A stretch of DNA of 63,760 nt from positions 1 through 63,760 of the forward strand of contig JBMCWH010000003.1 of NCBI GenBank assembly GCA_048621635.1. Reading direction: 5' to 3'. Under the pieces are notes generated by a model. It was not told the origin of the DNA. It saw only the letters and a list, made by a program, of their open reading frames with translations, and ran no database searches. The DNA comes from Patescibacteria group bacterium (GTDB lineage Bacteria > Patescibacteriota > WWE3 > JAUXAW01 > JAYEID01). Position numbers and translations under genes: made by a program. Every line of letters begins with the position of its first letter. Position 1 is the stretch's first letter. This document shows positions 10,048 through 18,250 of the stretch, piece after piece.

Positions 10048-10554
10048 ATGACCGACAATACAGTTTTCTTCGACCAACCAGGATCCCAAAATACTGAAGA
10101 AGTTTTAGAAGTGGTAGAGAAGCAAGCACAGAAATTAGGAATTTCCACTCTGGTTATCGCTTCTACTAGCGGTTCTACTGCTTTAAAAGCATGGGAAAAG
10201 TTAGGAGATAAGTTGGAAATAATTGCTGTTGGTACCTACTACCGACGCTGTGAACCTGAAAAAGTTGAGAAATTTGAGAACAAGGACGGTAAGTTTATCT
10301 TTGCCTTTGAAGATCTAGACTATGATTATCCCGAGTTTTTGCAGAAGGAGTTACGGCAAGAAATAGGGCAGGGTGGAAAGGTAGCTTTAGAAGTTGTGGT
10401 GGCTGCAACTCAGGCAGGTCTAATTGATGAGGGGGAGAAGGCTATTGGTGTTGGTGGTGCTTATCCAGGAGCGGATACCGCTTTCTTGGTTAAGGCTACG
10501 GAAGAATTTGATCGTTCTAAGGTGGAAAAGATTCTTTGCTGCCCTAAGCATTAG
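10048..10554 (+). CDS. Pyruvate kinase alpha/beta (C-terminal) domain-like protein
   Basis: 168 aa. The N-terminal pattern (FFDQPGSQNTEEVLEVV...LVIASTSGSTA) resembles stand-alone PK_C-like proteins. Confidence 0.45.
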   Translation: MTDNTVFFDQPGSQNTEEVLEVVEKQAQKLGISTLVIASTSGSTALKAWEKLGDKLEIIAVGTYYRRCEPEKVEKFENKDGKFIFAFEDLDYDYPEFLQKELRQEIGQGGKVALEVVVAATQAGLIDEGEKAIGVGGAYPGADTAFLVKATEEFDRSKVEKILCCPKH

Positions 10555-10677
10555 ATTATCTGCATGATTGTTGCTTTTTTGCTTTTATCATTTAGGGGGG
10601 AATTAAGCTTTAATTGCAATTCCCCTGGTTGCGTTAGGTTACTTGATGCGTTATAGTGTGGGAAGTAGGCAGTATTT

Positions 10678-11016
10678 ATGGCCCAGGAACTTTTTGTTGG
10701 CAATTTGGATTATGGTATTGATAGTGAGCAGCTTAAAAAGATTTTTGAAGCTGTAGGGGAAGTTACGAATGCTAAAGTTGTTACTGATAAAGAGACAGGG
10801 AAAAGTAAAGGTTTTGGCTTTATTAGTATGGGTTCCGAGGAAAGTGCGCAAAAAGCTATTGAGGTGTTGAATGAGAAGGAATTTGCTGGGAGAGCAATAG
10901 CTGTGGAGGAAGCAAAGTCTTCTCAGGATAGTGAACCTTCTACAGAACCAGAAGAAGCTTCTGATGATTCGGAGTCCTATAATCGTACTTTTCCTGGACC
11001 TAACGATCTCCGCTAA
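10678..11016 (+). CDS. RRM-type RNA-binding protein
   Basis: RNP2 (LFVGNL) and RNP1 (KGFGFISM) motifs, followed by an acidic Ser/Glu tail. Confidence 0.85.
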   Translation: MAQELFVGNLDYGIDSEQLKKIFEAVGEVTNAKVVTDKETGKSKGFGFISMGSEESAQKAIEVLNEKEFAGRAIAVEEAKSSQDSEPSTEPEEASDDSESYNRTFPGPNDLR

Positions 11017-11020
11017 GTTT

Positions 11021-11584
11021 TTATTTTTCTCGAGTAGGAAAACGTTTGTGATACTCTTCTTGTGCTTCTCTTATTAATTTTTTTGCTTTCTTTGCTTGTC
11101 CCCAAGAGCCTACGTTGATTTCTTTTTCTGGCTGTAAGGCTGCGTATGTTTCCCAAAAACTTTCAATTTCTTTTTTGACGTGATCACTTATTTTGGAAAG
11201 TTTGTCCATTTCTTCAAAGCGCGGGTCGTTGCTAGGAATAGCAATTATCTTGCTGTCTTTTTTCCCACTATCAATTACTTCCAACATTCCTATAGGATTA
11301 GTTGTTAGTAAACATCCCGGAAAGGTAGTAAAGGTGGAAAGTACCATTATGTCCAAAGGATCCCCATCTTCTTTGCTGAATGTTTGGGGAATGAATCCGT
11401 ATTCGGTAGGATAAAAAACGGAACTGTACAAGGCACGATCTAATTTAAAAACACCAAGATCTTTGTTGTATTCATATTTATTACTTTTCCCACGGGGTAT
11501 TTCTACTACACAGAATACTTTATTTGGGGGGTTAGGTCCTGCAGGCAGATTGTGGAAGAGATTGTTTGTAGTTTGGTCTTCCAT
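11021..11584 (-). CDS. ppa: Inorganic pyrophosphatase (family I)
   Basis: Contains VVEIPRGKSNKYEY, LDRALYSSVFYPTEYGFIPQT and DGDPLDIMVL. The ORF extends to a GTG at 11647, but the ATG at 11584 gives a typical length of 187 aa. Confidence 0.9.
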   Translation of the reverse strand: MEDQTTNNLFHNLPAGPNPPNKVFCVVEIPRGKSNKYEYNKDLGVFKLDRALYSSVFYPTEYGFIPQTFSKEDGDPLDIMVLSTFTTFPGCLLTTNPIGMLEVIDSGKKDSKIIAIPSNDPRFEEMDKLSKISDHVKKEIESFWETYAALQPEKEINVGSWGQAKKAKKLIREAQEEYHKRFPTREK

Positions 11585-11679
11585 AATTGTAAAAATCATA
11601 GCATAGATTGCACGCTTCTTTAAAGAGGCTGCGATACTTGTTTGCACAATTGTTATGGTTTATAATTCTAGGGTAGAAA

Positions 11680-12105
11680 ATGGAAGCAAAGCAACTTAGA
11701 GAACATACTTGGGCTATCCGAATTGCACGGGGGGAAAGGTTGGTTTCTAGTTTGGAGGATTTTTGTCAGCAAAAGGATATAGCTGGGGGCTTTTTCTTTG
11801 GCGTGGGGGCAGTAGGTTTTGTGGAGCTGGCTCATTACGATGTTGGAGAGAAGAATTATCAATCTCAGGAGTTCGAAGAACCTTTAGAACTGGTTAGTTT
11901 GGAAGGGAGTATAGGGTGCAAAAAAGATAGCCTTATTGTTCATGCCCATGCTGTTTTGTCTCGCCCCGATATGGAGACAATTGGAGGGCATTTGGTAGAA
12001 GGTGTTGTTTCGGGGACAGCAGAAATTTATCTGATTACATCTTCTCCTTTGGAGAAAGAACCGGATGAGATAACAGGCTTGGACCTTTTCTCCTTTTCCT
12101 CTTGA
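11680..12105 (+). CDS. PPC (DUF296) domain protein
   Basis: 141 aa. The pattern RIARGERLVSSLEDFC..GVGAV..VEL..Y....VSLEGSI...VHAHAVL...GGHL is typical of PPC/DUF296. Confidence 0.65.
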   Translation: MEAKQLREHTWAIRIARGERLVSSLEDFCQQKDIAGGFFFGVGAVGFVELAHYDVGEKNYQSQEFEEPLELVSLEGSIGCKKDSLIVHAHAVLSRPDMETIGGHLVEGVVSGTAEIYLITSSPLEKEPDEITGLDLFSFSS

Positions 12106-12115
12106 ATTAATTTAG

Positions 12116-12763
12116 ATGATACCTTTAGGTGACGACAATTTAGCACGCATTACTCCTGTTGTTACTTATTTACTTATTGGTCTTAATACTTTAGTTTTTG
12201 GTTATATTCTTTACTCACAGATCTTTTTGCCAGCCGGGTCGTTATTGACTACGTACGCACTAGTTCCGAGAAGAATTTCTTCTGGTCAAGGATATTACAG
12301 TTTCTTTACCTCTTTGTTTCTTCATGCTGATTTAGCACACCTTATTGGGAATATGCTGTTTTTGCATATTTTTGGAGATAATGTGGAAGATGCTCTAGGT
12401 CACATTAAGTTTGCTTTGTTTTACTTACTATGTGGTTTAGGGGGTTCTTTGTTGCAGTTTTTTATTTCCTCTACTTCTTCTGTTCCTGTTGTTGGTGCTT
12501 CTGGGGCAATTGCCGGTGTGATGGGGGCTTATCTAGTTCTCTATCCACAAGCACGTGTCCGCGTTCTAATTCCTGGTTTCTTCTTTTACCGGCAAGTTAT
12601 GCTTCCTGCTCAGTTTATGCTTTTTTACTGGATTTTGATACAAGTTCTTTTTGGTCTTAGCAGTTTAGGTATTAATGGGGGAGGGGTAGCTTATTTTTCT
12701 CACATCGGAGGCTTTTTAACTGGTTGGTTTTTGGTTCGGCAAAGTTTTTCCTCGGGTAGTTGA
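12116..12763 (+). CDS. Rhomboid family intramembrane serine protease
   Basis: Six TM segments, the catalytic GASGAIAGVMGAY motif and the HIGGFLTG histidine motif. Confidence 0.85.
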   Translation: MIPLGDDNLARITPVVTYLLIGLNTLVFGYILYSQIFLPAGSLLTTYALVPRRISSGQGYYSFFTSLFLHADLAHLIGNMLFLHIFGDNVEDALGHIKFALFYLLCGLGGSLLQFFISSTSSVPVVGASGAIAGVMGAYLVLYPQARVRVLIPGFFFYRQVMLPAQFMLFYWILIQVLFGLSSLGINGGGVAYFSHIGGFLTGWFLVRQSFSSGS

Positions 12764-13518
12764 TTTGTGATGTAGTTTATCTGTTCTGGTTGTACTATAA
12801 TGTTGGTAGAAGTTGTTTTGGGGTTGTAAGGAGGTCTGCTGTGGATATTCTTTGTGCTTGTGGGGATGGGGAAGAAGCTAAATCGGATGGTTTTAAGGGT
12901 GTTGAGTGTTCCTATACAGCGGACAGCATCCCTTTGCATGGGGAGTTGGTTTCCGAGTGTGTTGTTTTACATTTGGGAGACTTGCGATTCCCTTATGTAG
13001 GAGAGTTAACAAATTTTTTGAGAGAGCGAATTGACCAGATTTTGTTTGTGGCGCAAGTGGATAGGGTAGTTATCCATGCCGAATCAGCATTGGGTTGGCT
13101 GGATGGGGAAAGGCAGGCTAGGAAGGAGTTTTGGAATAGACTTTCTGACTTACCTGTGGATGTGGTGATTGAGAATAACGTGGTTAAAGCACCAAATAAG
13201 CGTTATGATTTTATTCGCGATCCGCTTTTGCTGCTCCAGGAGGTTTCAGAGGCGGGACTAGGTTTAGCTCTGGATGTCTCTCATGCTGCCTGGTTTTACA
13301 AAGGTTGGCCGGAGGCTGTTTTTTCTGTAGTGAGAGCCGCCCGACACTTACATTTAAGTGATTGGCGAAAAGGAGAGCAACACCTGCCTTTAGGAGAGGG
13401 GCTTTTGCCCATTGAACAAATACTTTCCAATTATACCGGAAAGTATACTACGTTAGAGGTTCGTGACAAGGTGAGTGATTCTCTCCATTATTTGCAAGCG
13501 AAAAGCGTTCCGTTTTGA
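12760..13518 (+). CDS. Xylose isomerase-like TIM-barrel (sugar phosphate isomerase/epimerase) protein; start uncertain
   Basis: The C-terminal half has LALDVSHA and HLHLSD....HLPLGEG motifs. The N-terminal ~50 aa of the ORF look non-native and begin at a TTG, so the true start is probably internal. Confidence 0.5.
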   Translation: MICDVVYLFWLYYNVGRSCFGVVRRSAVDILCACGDGEEAKSDGFKGVECSYTADSIPLHGELVSECVVLHLGDLRFPYVGELTNFLRERIDQILFVAQVDRVVIHAESALGWLDGERQARKEFWNRLSDLPVDVVIENNVVKAPNKRYDFIRDPLLLLQEVSEAGLGLALDVSHAAWFYKGWPEAVFSVVRAARHLHLSDWRKGEQHLPLGEGLLPIEQILSNYTGKYTTLEVRDKVSDSLHYLQAKSVPF

Positions 13519-13525
13519 ATTTTGC

Positions 13526-13563
13526 GCCCGTAAAGCTTTAGTTAAGGCTTTACGGGCCTTTTT
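13526..13563. terminator. Hairpin terminator between convergent genes
   Basis: GCCCGTAAAGC-(10 nt)-GCTTTACGGGC is a perfect 11-bp stem followed by CTTTTT. Confidence 0.65.
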
Positions 13564-13565
13564 CA

Positions 13566-14294
13566 TTAGAGGTTTTGCGGTAATGTTCTTTTTGCATTTT
13601 TTAACCGTTGAGGTGTGCCTAGGTCTTCCCAGTAAGTTTCTTGGGGGTAAATAAAAGGATTTATTTGTACCCCGTTTCCTATTAGATTTGGGTACAAATC
13701 GTTATCTCCGAAAAACCCCCAAAATTTGTTTTCGGGAATATATTCTAGGAATTCCCGGAGGAGAATATGTTGCCCGGCAAAAGTGTAAGTTTTCTTACTT
13801 TCTTGGTATCTATTACGGACCAATTTGCTTATTCTCCCGGTTTTTCCAATTCCAATTGATTGGGGGTAGTTCTTCTTTTTTATAAGGGCTATAGTTGCCG
13901 CTTTCTTATTTTTCGGATGGGTTTCTGTTATTTTTTTGAAATTTAGATTTGTAATTATGTCGGAGTTACAGACCAAGAAAGGAGTGTTAGTAGGGAGGCG
14001 TTCTTCTACAGTTTTAAGGTCACCTGCTGTTCCTAGGATTGGTTCTGTAGGTAGATGTTTATAGGTGATAGTGATGTTTTTGTAGCGGGTTCCCAATTTT
14101 TGTTGGAATTGTTTTTTAAAAGGGCGGGTAGTGATTATAGCCTTAGTAATATGAGCTTCTGCTAAGTTATCTAGTGTGTAAGTGATTAAAGGACGACCCT
14201 TTATCTCGATTAAAGGTTTGGGAATTTTGTTTGTTAGTGGCTTCAGGCGGGTGCCTAAACCGCTGGCTAAGATTACAGCTGTTTTAATTTCCAT
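13566..14294 (-). CDS. Sugar-phosphate nucleotidyltransferase
   Basis: N-terminal AVILASGLGTRLKPLTNKIPKPLIEI (the GxGTRLxPLT signature). Confidence 0.8.
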   Translation of the reverse strand: MEIKTAVILASGLGTRLKPLTNKIPKPLIEIKGRPLITYTLDNLAEAHITKAIITTRPFKKQFQQKLGTRYKNITITYKHLPTEPILGTAGDLKTVEERLPTNTPFLVCNSDIITNLNFKKITETHPKNKKAATIALIKKKNYPQSIGIGKTGRISKLVRNRYQESKKTYTFAGQHILLREFLEYIPENKFWGFFGDNDLYPNLIGNGVQINPFIYPQETYWEDLGTPQRLKNAKRTLPQNL

Positions 14295-14310
14295 AAATTA
14301 ATAATAACAT

Positions 14311-14339
14311 TTGACAAATGAATAATTATTCAATATAAT
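14311..14339 (+). promoter_or_regulatory. Consensus sigma-70 promoter with an embedded 14-bp palindrome
   Basis: TTGACA (14311-14316), an exact 17-nt spacer, then TATAAT (14334-14339). The spacer contains the perfect palindrome TGAATAATTATTCA (14319-14332). The promoter sits 22 nt upstream of the DUF134 start. Confidence 0.6.
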
Positions 14340-14361
14340 ACTTGTTGGAGGTTTTCCCATT

Positions 14362-14844
14362 ATGACTAAAACGAAGAAAAAGCGCGTTGTTCGCTTTGAT
14401 CCGAAAGTAACATATTTTAAGCCTCGTGGGGTTCCGCTGGCGGAATTAGAGGAAGTGGTGCTTAATGTTGAAGAATTGGAGGCGGTAAGATTGGCAAATG
14501 TCGAAGAATTTACTCAGACAGAAGCTGCGGGACAGATGGAGGTTTCCCAAAGTACGTTTCATCGTATTATTTCAACAGCTCATCAGAAGCTAGGAAAGGC
14601 TTTAATTAATGGTTGCTCTATAAAAGTGGAAGGGGGTGACTACAGAATGCCAAACGGAAGAGGACGCGGTGCTGGCCGCGGCGGTCGTGGGCGCCAAGGT
14701 GGGCCCTACTCTGCTGGTCCTGGCGGCACGTGCGTTTGTACAAACTGCGGACATAAGGAGCCGCACCGGGCTGGAGAACCTTGCTATAAGCGAGAGTGTC
14801 CTGAGTGCGGTAGTGCTATGGTTAGGAAACGAGAGGATAATTGA
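14362..14844 (+). CDS. DUF134 (UPF0251) predicted DNA-binding protein with an RGG-rich linker and a C-terminal Cys4 zinc ribbon
   Basis: The DUF134 core is FKPRGVPL...LNVEELEAVRL...TQ.EAA..M.VSQSTFHRI. It is followed by GRGRGAGRGGRGRQGG and then CVCTNCGH..CPECG. Confidence 0.75.
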   Translation: MTKTKKKRVVRFDPKVTYFKPRGVPLAELEEVVLNVEELEAVRLANVEEFTQTEAAGQMEVSQSTFHRIISTAHQKLGKALINGCSIKVEGGDYRMPNGRGRGAGRGGRGRQGGPYSAGPGGTCVCTNCGHKEPHRAGEPCYKRECPECGSAMVRKREDN

Positions 14845-14926
14845 GTTTTTGGCTAGTAATTTTTAACCTGGTAGTGGCGGTCGAGTTTTTAGATTTGTTT
14901 CGAAGGGGGGTGTTTTTAATTAAGTT

Positions 14927-15340
14927 ATGAAAATTTGTATTACATCTACCGGTAAAGATTTGCAATCTTTGGTTAGTTCCCGTTTTGGGAGATGTTCTTA
15001 TTTTTTAATTATTGATGCCGAGACCAAAGATGTTGAAGTAGTAGAAAATACTAATGTGCAAGCTTCAAGAGGTGCAGGTGTTGCCGCTTCTCAGGATATA
15101 GTTAATTCTGGTTGTGATGTTGTAATTTCAGGAAATATTGGTCCAAATGCTTTTTCCGTTTTGAACCAATCAGGGGTTGATGTGTTTATGGCTAGAAAAA
15201 ATGTTAGTTGCGAGGAAAATTTGCAAGCGTATAATCAAGATTCGCTAGAAAGGGCAACGGCAGAGTCAGCCCGTGGAGATGGTTTTGGTCGTGGTAGGAG
15301 GCAAGGCCGTGGTGGCGGGCGGAGAGGAGGACGTAGCTGA
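14927..15340 (+). CDS. NifB/NifX-like (dinitrogenase FeMo-cofactor-binding fold) protein with an RGG tail
   Basis: MKICITSTG..SRFGRCSYFLIID...GAGVAASQ...VISGNIGPNA pattern. The C-terminus is GFGRGRRQGRGGGRRGGRS. Confidence 0.75.
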   Translation: MKICITSTGKDLQSLVSSRFGRCSYFLIIDAETKDVEVVENTNVQASRGAGVAASQDIVNSGCDVVISGNIGPNAFSVLNQSGVDVFMARKNVSCEENLQAYNQDSLERATAESARGDGFGRGRRQGRGGGRRGGRS

Positions 15341-15663
15341 TGGCGAAAATTGCACTACCAGTAAATGGTGATGATATAGAAAAATTGGTAGCTAAACATT
15401 TTGGTTGGGCAAAAAATTATTTAATTTATGACACTGTTAGTGATGGTTTTGAGGTTGTTGCTAATCCCGAGGCAGAAGGAAAGAAGACATTACCACCAAA
15501 ATTTTTGGATCAGCACGGTGTAGATGCTGTTATCTGTTTTGATCTTGGTTCCCGCGCCGTTAATTTTTTTAATCAATTAGGTATTGATGTATTTAAGGCT
15601 GTTGGGAGTAGTTTGAAGGAGAATATCGGTAGATTTAAGAAAGGTCAGCTGGTTGTTTATTAA
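15340..15663 (+). CDS. NifB/NifX-like protein
   Basis: KIALPVNG...HFGWAKNYLIYD...DAVICFDLGSRAVNFF pattern. Its start overlaps the previous stop (TGATG). Confidence 0.75.
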   Translation: MAKIALPVNGDDIEKLVAKHFGWAKNYLIYDTVSDGFEVVANPEAEGKKTLPPKFLDQHGVDAVICFDLGSRAVNFFNQLGIDVFKAVGSSLKENIGRFKKGQLVVY

Positions 15664-15664
15664 T

Positions 15665-16594
15665 ATGGAAACCATTGCAATAACTGGAGGTAAAGGTGGT
15701 GTTGGTAAATCAACAGTTTCTGTTCTTCTTGCCAACAAGTTTAGGCGAGAAGGGAAGAAAGTGATGCTGGTTGATTTGGATGTGGAGTGTCCTAATGATC
15801 ACCTTTTGTTAGGTAGAGAATTAGCTAGTGTTGGGGAAAAAGTTTATGCTAAATTTCCTAAGCTGAACAAAGAGAAATGCACTAAGTGCTTGCATCGTGG
15901 GAGCGGAGCGACTTTACGGGGTGGTTTGTGTGTTGAAAAATGTCCTAACAATGCAATTTTCCAACCACCCGGAGAATATCCTCTCTTTATGCATGACCTT
16001 TGTTCGGGTTGTGGTCTTTGTTGGAATTTGTGTCCTTTTGGAGCTATTGAGATTGAGGAGAAGATTACGGGGGAGATATTTGTGAATCAGTTGGGTACAC
16101 CCGCTGCAGGAAAAACTTCCCCCGACGAGTCGGGAGAGGTTGGGGAGTGTGGTGAGGATTTCCCGTCGGCTTGGCTGGTGTCGGGAAGGTCAGTAGGTGT
16201 TGTGGAAGAAACAGGGCCTGTTGTTGCTGAAGTAAAAAAGTTTGCGTACCAATTGGCAGAAGAAAAAGGTGTCGATGTTATTTTGCTGGATACAGCGCCG
16301 GGGTTGCATTGTGCAGTTATCCGAGCACTTTGGGAAGTTGATAAAGCTTACGCAGTTACGGAGCCGACTCCGTTAGGCGCACATGATTTGAGACTTATTC
16401 TTAAGCTTTTGAAGAAGTTGAGGATACCAGCAAAAATAATTTTAAATCAAGCAGATTTAGGGGATCGAGATTCTGTTGATAATATTGCCCATAATTTAAA
16501 TACTGAGATTGCGTACGAGATTCCTTACTCTAAAGAAATTGTAAACGCTTATTCTAAAGGTAGGCTTTATGATTTTTCATTACAGCACTTCTAA
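15665..16594 (+). CDS. MinD/ParA-superfamily P-loop ATPase with an inserted 4Fe-4S ferredoxin domain
   Basis: Deviant Walker A (GGKGGVGKST) plus Cys clusters CTKC..C..C and CSGCGLCWNLCP. The ATG at 15665 lies 1 nt after the upstream stop. Confidence 0.8.
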   Translation: METIAITGGKGGVGKSTVSVLLANKFRREGKKVMLVDLDVECPNDHLLLGRELASVGEKVYAKFPKLNKEKCTKCLHRGSGATLRGGLCVEKCPNNAIFQPPGEYPLFMHDLCSGCGLCWNLCPFGAIEIEEKITGEIFVNQLGTPAAGKTSPDESGEVGECGEDFPSAWLVSGRSVGVVEETGPVVAEVKKFAYQLAEEKGVDVILLDTAPGLHCAVIRALWEVDKAYAVTEPTPLGAHDLRLILKLLKKLRIPAKIILNQADLGDRDSVDNIAHNLNTEIAYEIPYSKEIVNAYSKGRLYDFSLQHF

Positions 16595-16652
16595 ATAGAA
16601 GTTTGGATTTGCGCTGATATTTTTAACAATTTTGCAATTGAACAATCGAACC

Positions 16653-17819
16653 ATGTTAAGTAAACAACAAGTTTCCATAATTAGTACTGTTGCCAACGCG
16701 ACACTAGGTTTAGCAAAGGTGGTTGTGGGTATGGCTGCAAGCAGTTCAGCCCTAGTTGCTGAAGGTTTGCATTCTACTATTGATTTTGTTTCTTCAGGAA
16801 TAACTTTTTTAGGAATTCGTGTTGCTGAAAAGGAGCCGACTGAGAGACATCCCTATGGTTGGGGGAGAGCAGAGGTTTTGGCTAGTTTGGTGGTTGTGGT
16901 GTTTATTGGTTTAGCTGGTGTGGAAATTGTTCAGGAGGCAGTTACCTCTTTGCTTTCAGGTGACTATCTTCCCGTTAGCGGAGTGCTTTCCGTGGTTGTG
17001 ATGGTTGTGTCTGTAGTTGTTAATGAATTGATGGCCCGACTTAAAGTTAGGGTTGGTCAAAAACAAGAATCTTTAGCGCTCATTGCTGATGGAAAGCATT
17101 CTCGCGTTGATGTATATTCCTCTGGGGCCGCGCTGGTGGGAATCTTTTTAGCGCGATTTTTTCCTGTGCTAGATAGTGTTACTGCTTTTGGCGTAGGGAT
17201 TTATATTCTCTACGAAGCTATAGATTTAGGCAAAGAAGTAGGGGAAAATCTATTAGACATTGCAGATTTGGAGGCGGAGGAAGCTATTCGTGAGATTTGT
17301 GAGAAAGAACAAGTCGATTTGGCTGATTTACGGACTAGGAAGATTGGTTCCCTGACCCATGCGGAATTGGAGATAGTTATTCCTAAAGATGTGACAGCTG
17401 GGAAGGTGGACGATTTAGTTACTGATCTGCAAGAAACACTAGTTGAGAAAGTTCCTCATTTAGAATATGCAGTTGTTCAGATTCATGGGCATGGCAAACG
17501 GTCGAGAATGTTTCGTGGTGAGTGTGAAACTATTGAACGGGTTGGCCCAAAGAAGAAGGGCTACAGGGTGATTACTCCTTATCGTAATGGTTGTTTTTAC
17601 GAGGATTTTGGAGCTCCGGAGTATTTAGTTACTGATTATAGGGGTGAAAGAGATGTACAAAGAGAAATTGTTGAAAATCCTTACTTTAAAGTGGGCCGCG
17701 GTCACGGAGTTCGTTTTTCTCAGGCTGTTCAGGCAGATGAAGTGAGGACGGAAAATATAGGCGAGAACGCAAAAAGAGCACTCAAAGATTTGGGTGTGAG
17801 TATTTTAATTTTGAAATAA
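16653..17819 (+). CDS. Cation diffusion facilitator (CDF) transporter fused to a C-terminal NifX-like domain
   Basis: The CDF TM core has HSTIDFVSS, HPYGWGRAEV and DGKHSRVDV. The last ~100 aa (YRVITPY..FGAPEYLVTD...GRGHG...IGENAKRALKDLGVSI) repeat the pattern of the two NifX-like ORFs. Confidence 0.75.
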   Translation: MLSKQQVSIISTVANATLGLAKVVVGMAASSSALVAEGLHSTIDFVSSGITFLGIRVAEKEPTERHPYGWGRAEVLASLVVVVFIGLAGVEIVQEAVTSLLSGDYLPVSGVLSVVVMVVSVVVNELMARLKVRVGQKQESLALIADGKHSRVDVYSSGAALVGIFLARFFPVLDSVTAFGVGIYILYEAIDLGKEVGENLLDIADLEAEEAIREICEKEQVDLADLRTRKIGSLTHAELEIVIPKDVTAGKVDDLVTDLQETLVEKVPHLEYAVVQIHGHGKRSRMFRGECETIERVGPKKKGYRVITPYRNGCFYEDFGAPEYLVTDYRGERDVQREIVENPYFKVGRGHGVRFSQAVQADEVRTENIGENAKRALKDLGVSILILK

Positions 17820-17974
17820 CTTTTTCCAAAGAAGGTTGGACAGTTATTTTTAGTATATCTGTTGGTGGACAGATTTTTCTTACTTCATTGTAGCGGATTA
17901 CGGCTTGACAAATTTTTGCCTTCCTTCTAACATAGTTAAAGTGTCATTCAACTATTTAATTTTAATTAATTTTA

Positions 17975-18250
17975 ATGAAAGAACCACAGCATTTGTTTTT
18001 GTTTGAAAGAACCCGCTTACTTATTTTAAGAGCTTTGTTTAGGTGTAGCGAGGATGTCTGCGGTTGCGACCTTGTAGATAATTTGGGTGTTTCTAAATAC
18101 TTGGTCTCCTACCATATTAAAAAGTTGCGGGAGAAGGGTTTTGTAGATGAAGTTAAATGTGGGAACAGAAAGGAATACATTGTGGCTGAAGGTAAAAGGA
18201 AATTAGTTAAAAATGTACTAAGAATAACTGGTCTCTTGGATGATGAATAA
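17975..18250 (+). CDS. ArsR-family winged-helix transcriptional regulator
   Basis: 91 aa. The pattern RLLILRAL...CGCDL...GVSKYLVSYHIKKLREKGFV is typical of ArsR/SmtB. The 3' end overlaps the TrxR start. Confidence 0.7.
   Translation: MKEPQHLFLFERTRLLILRALFRCSEDVCGCDLVDNLGVSKYLVSYHIKKLREKGFVDEVKCGNRKEYIVAEGKRKLVKNVLRITGLLDDE

Noticed and set aside
14636-14866. 76-aa alternative-frame ORF
   Set aside because: It is generated by the GC-rich RGG-coding stretch of the DUF134 gene and has no independent support.
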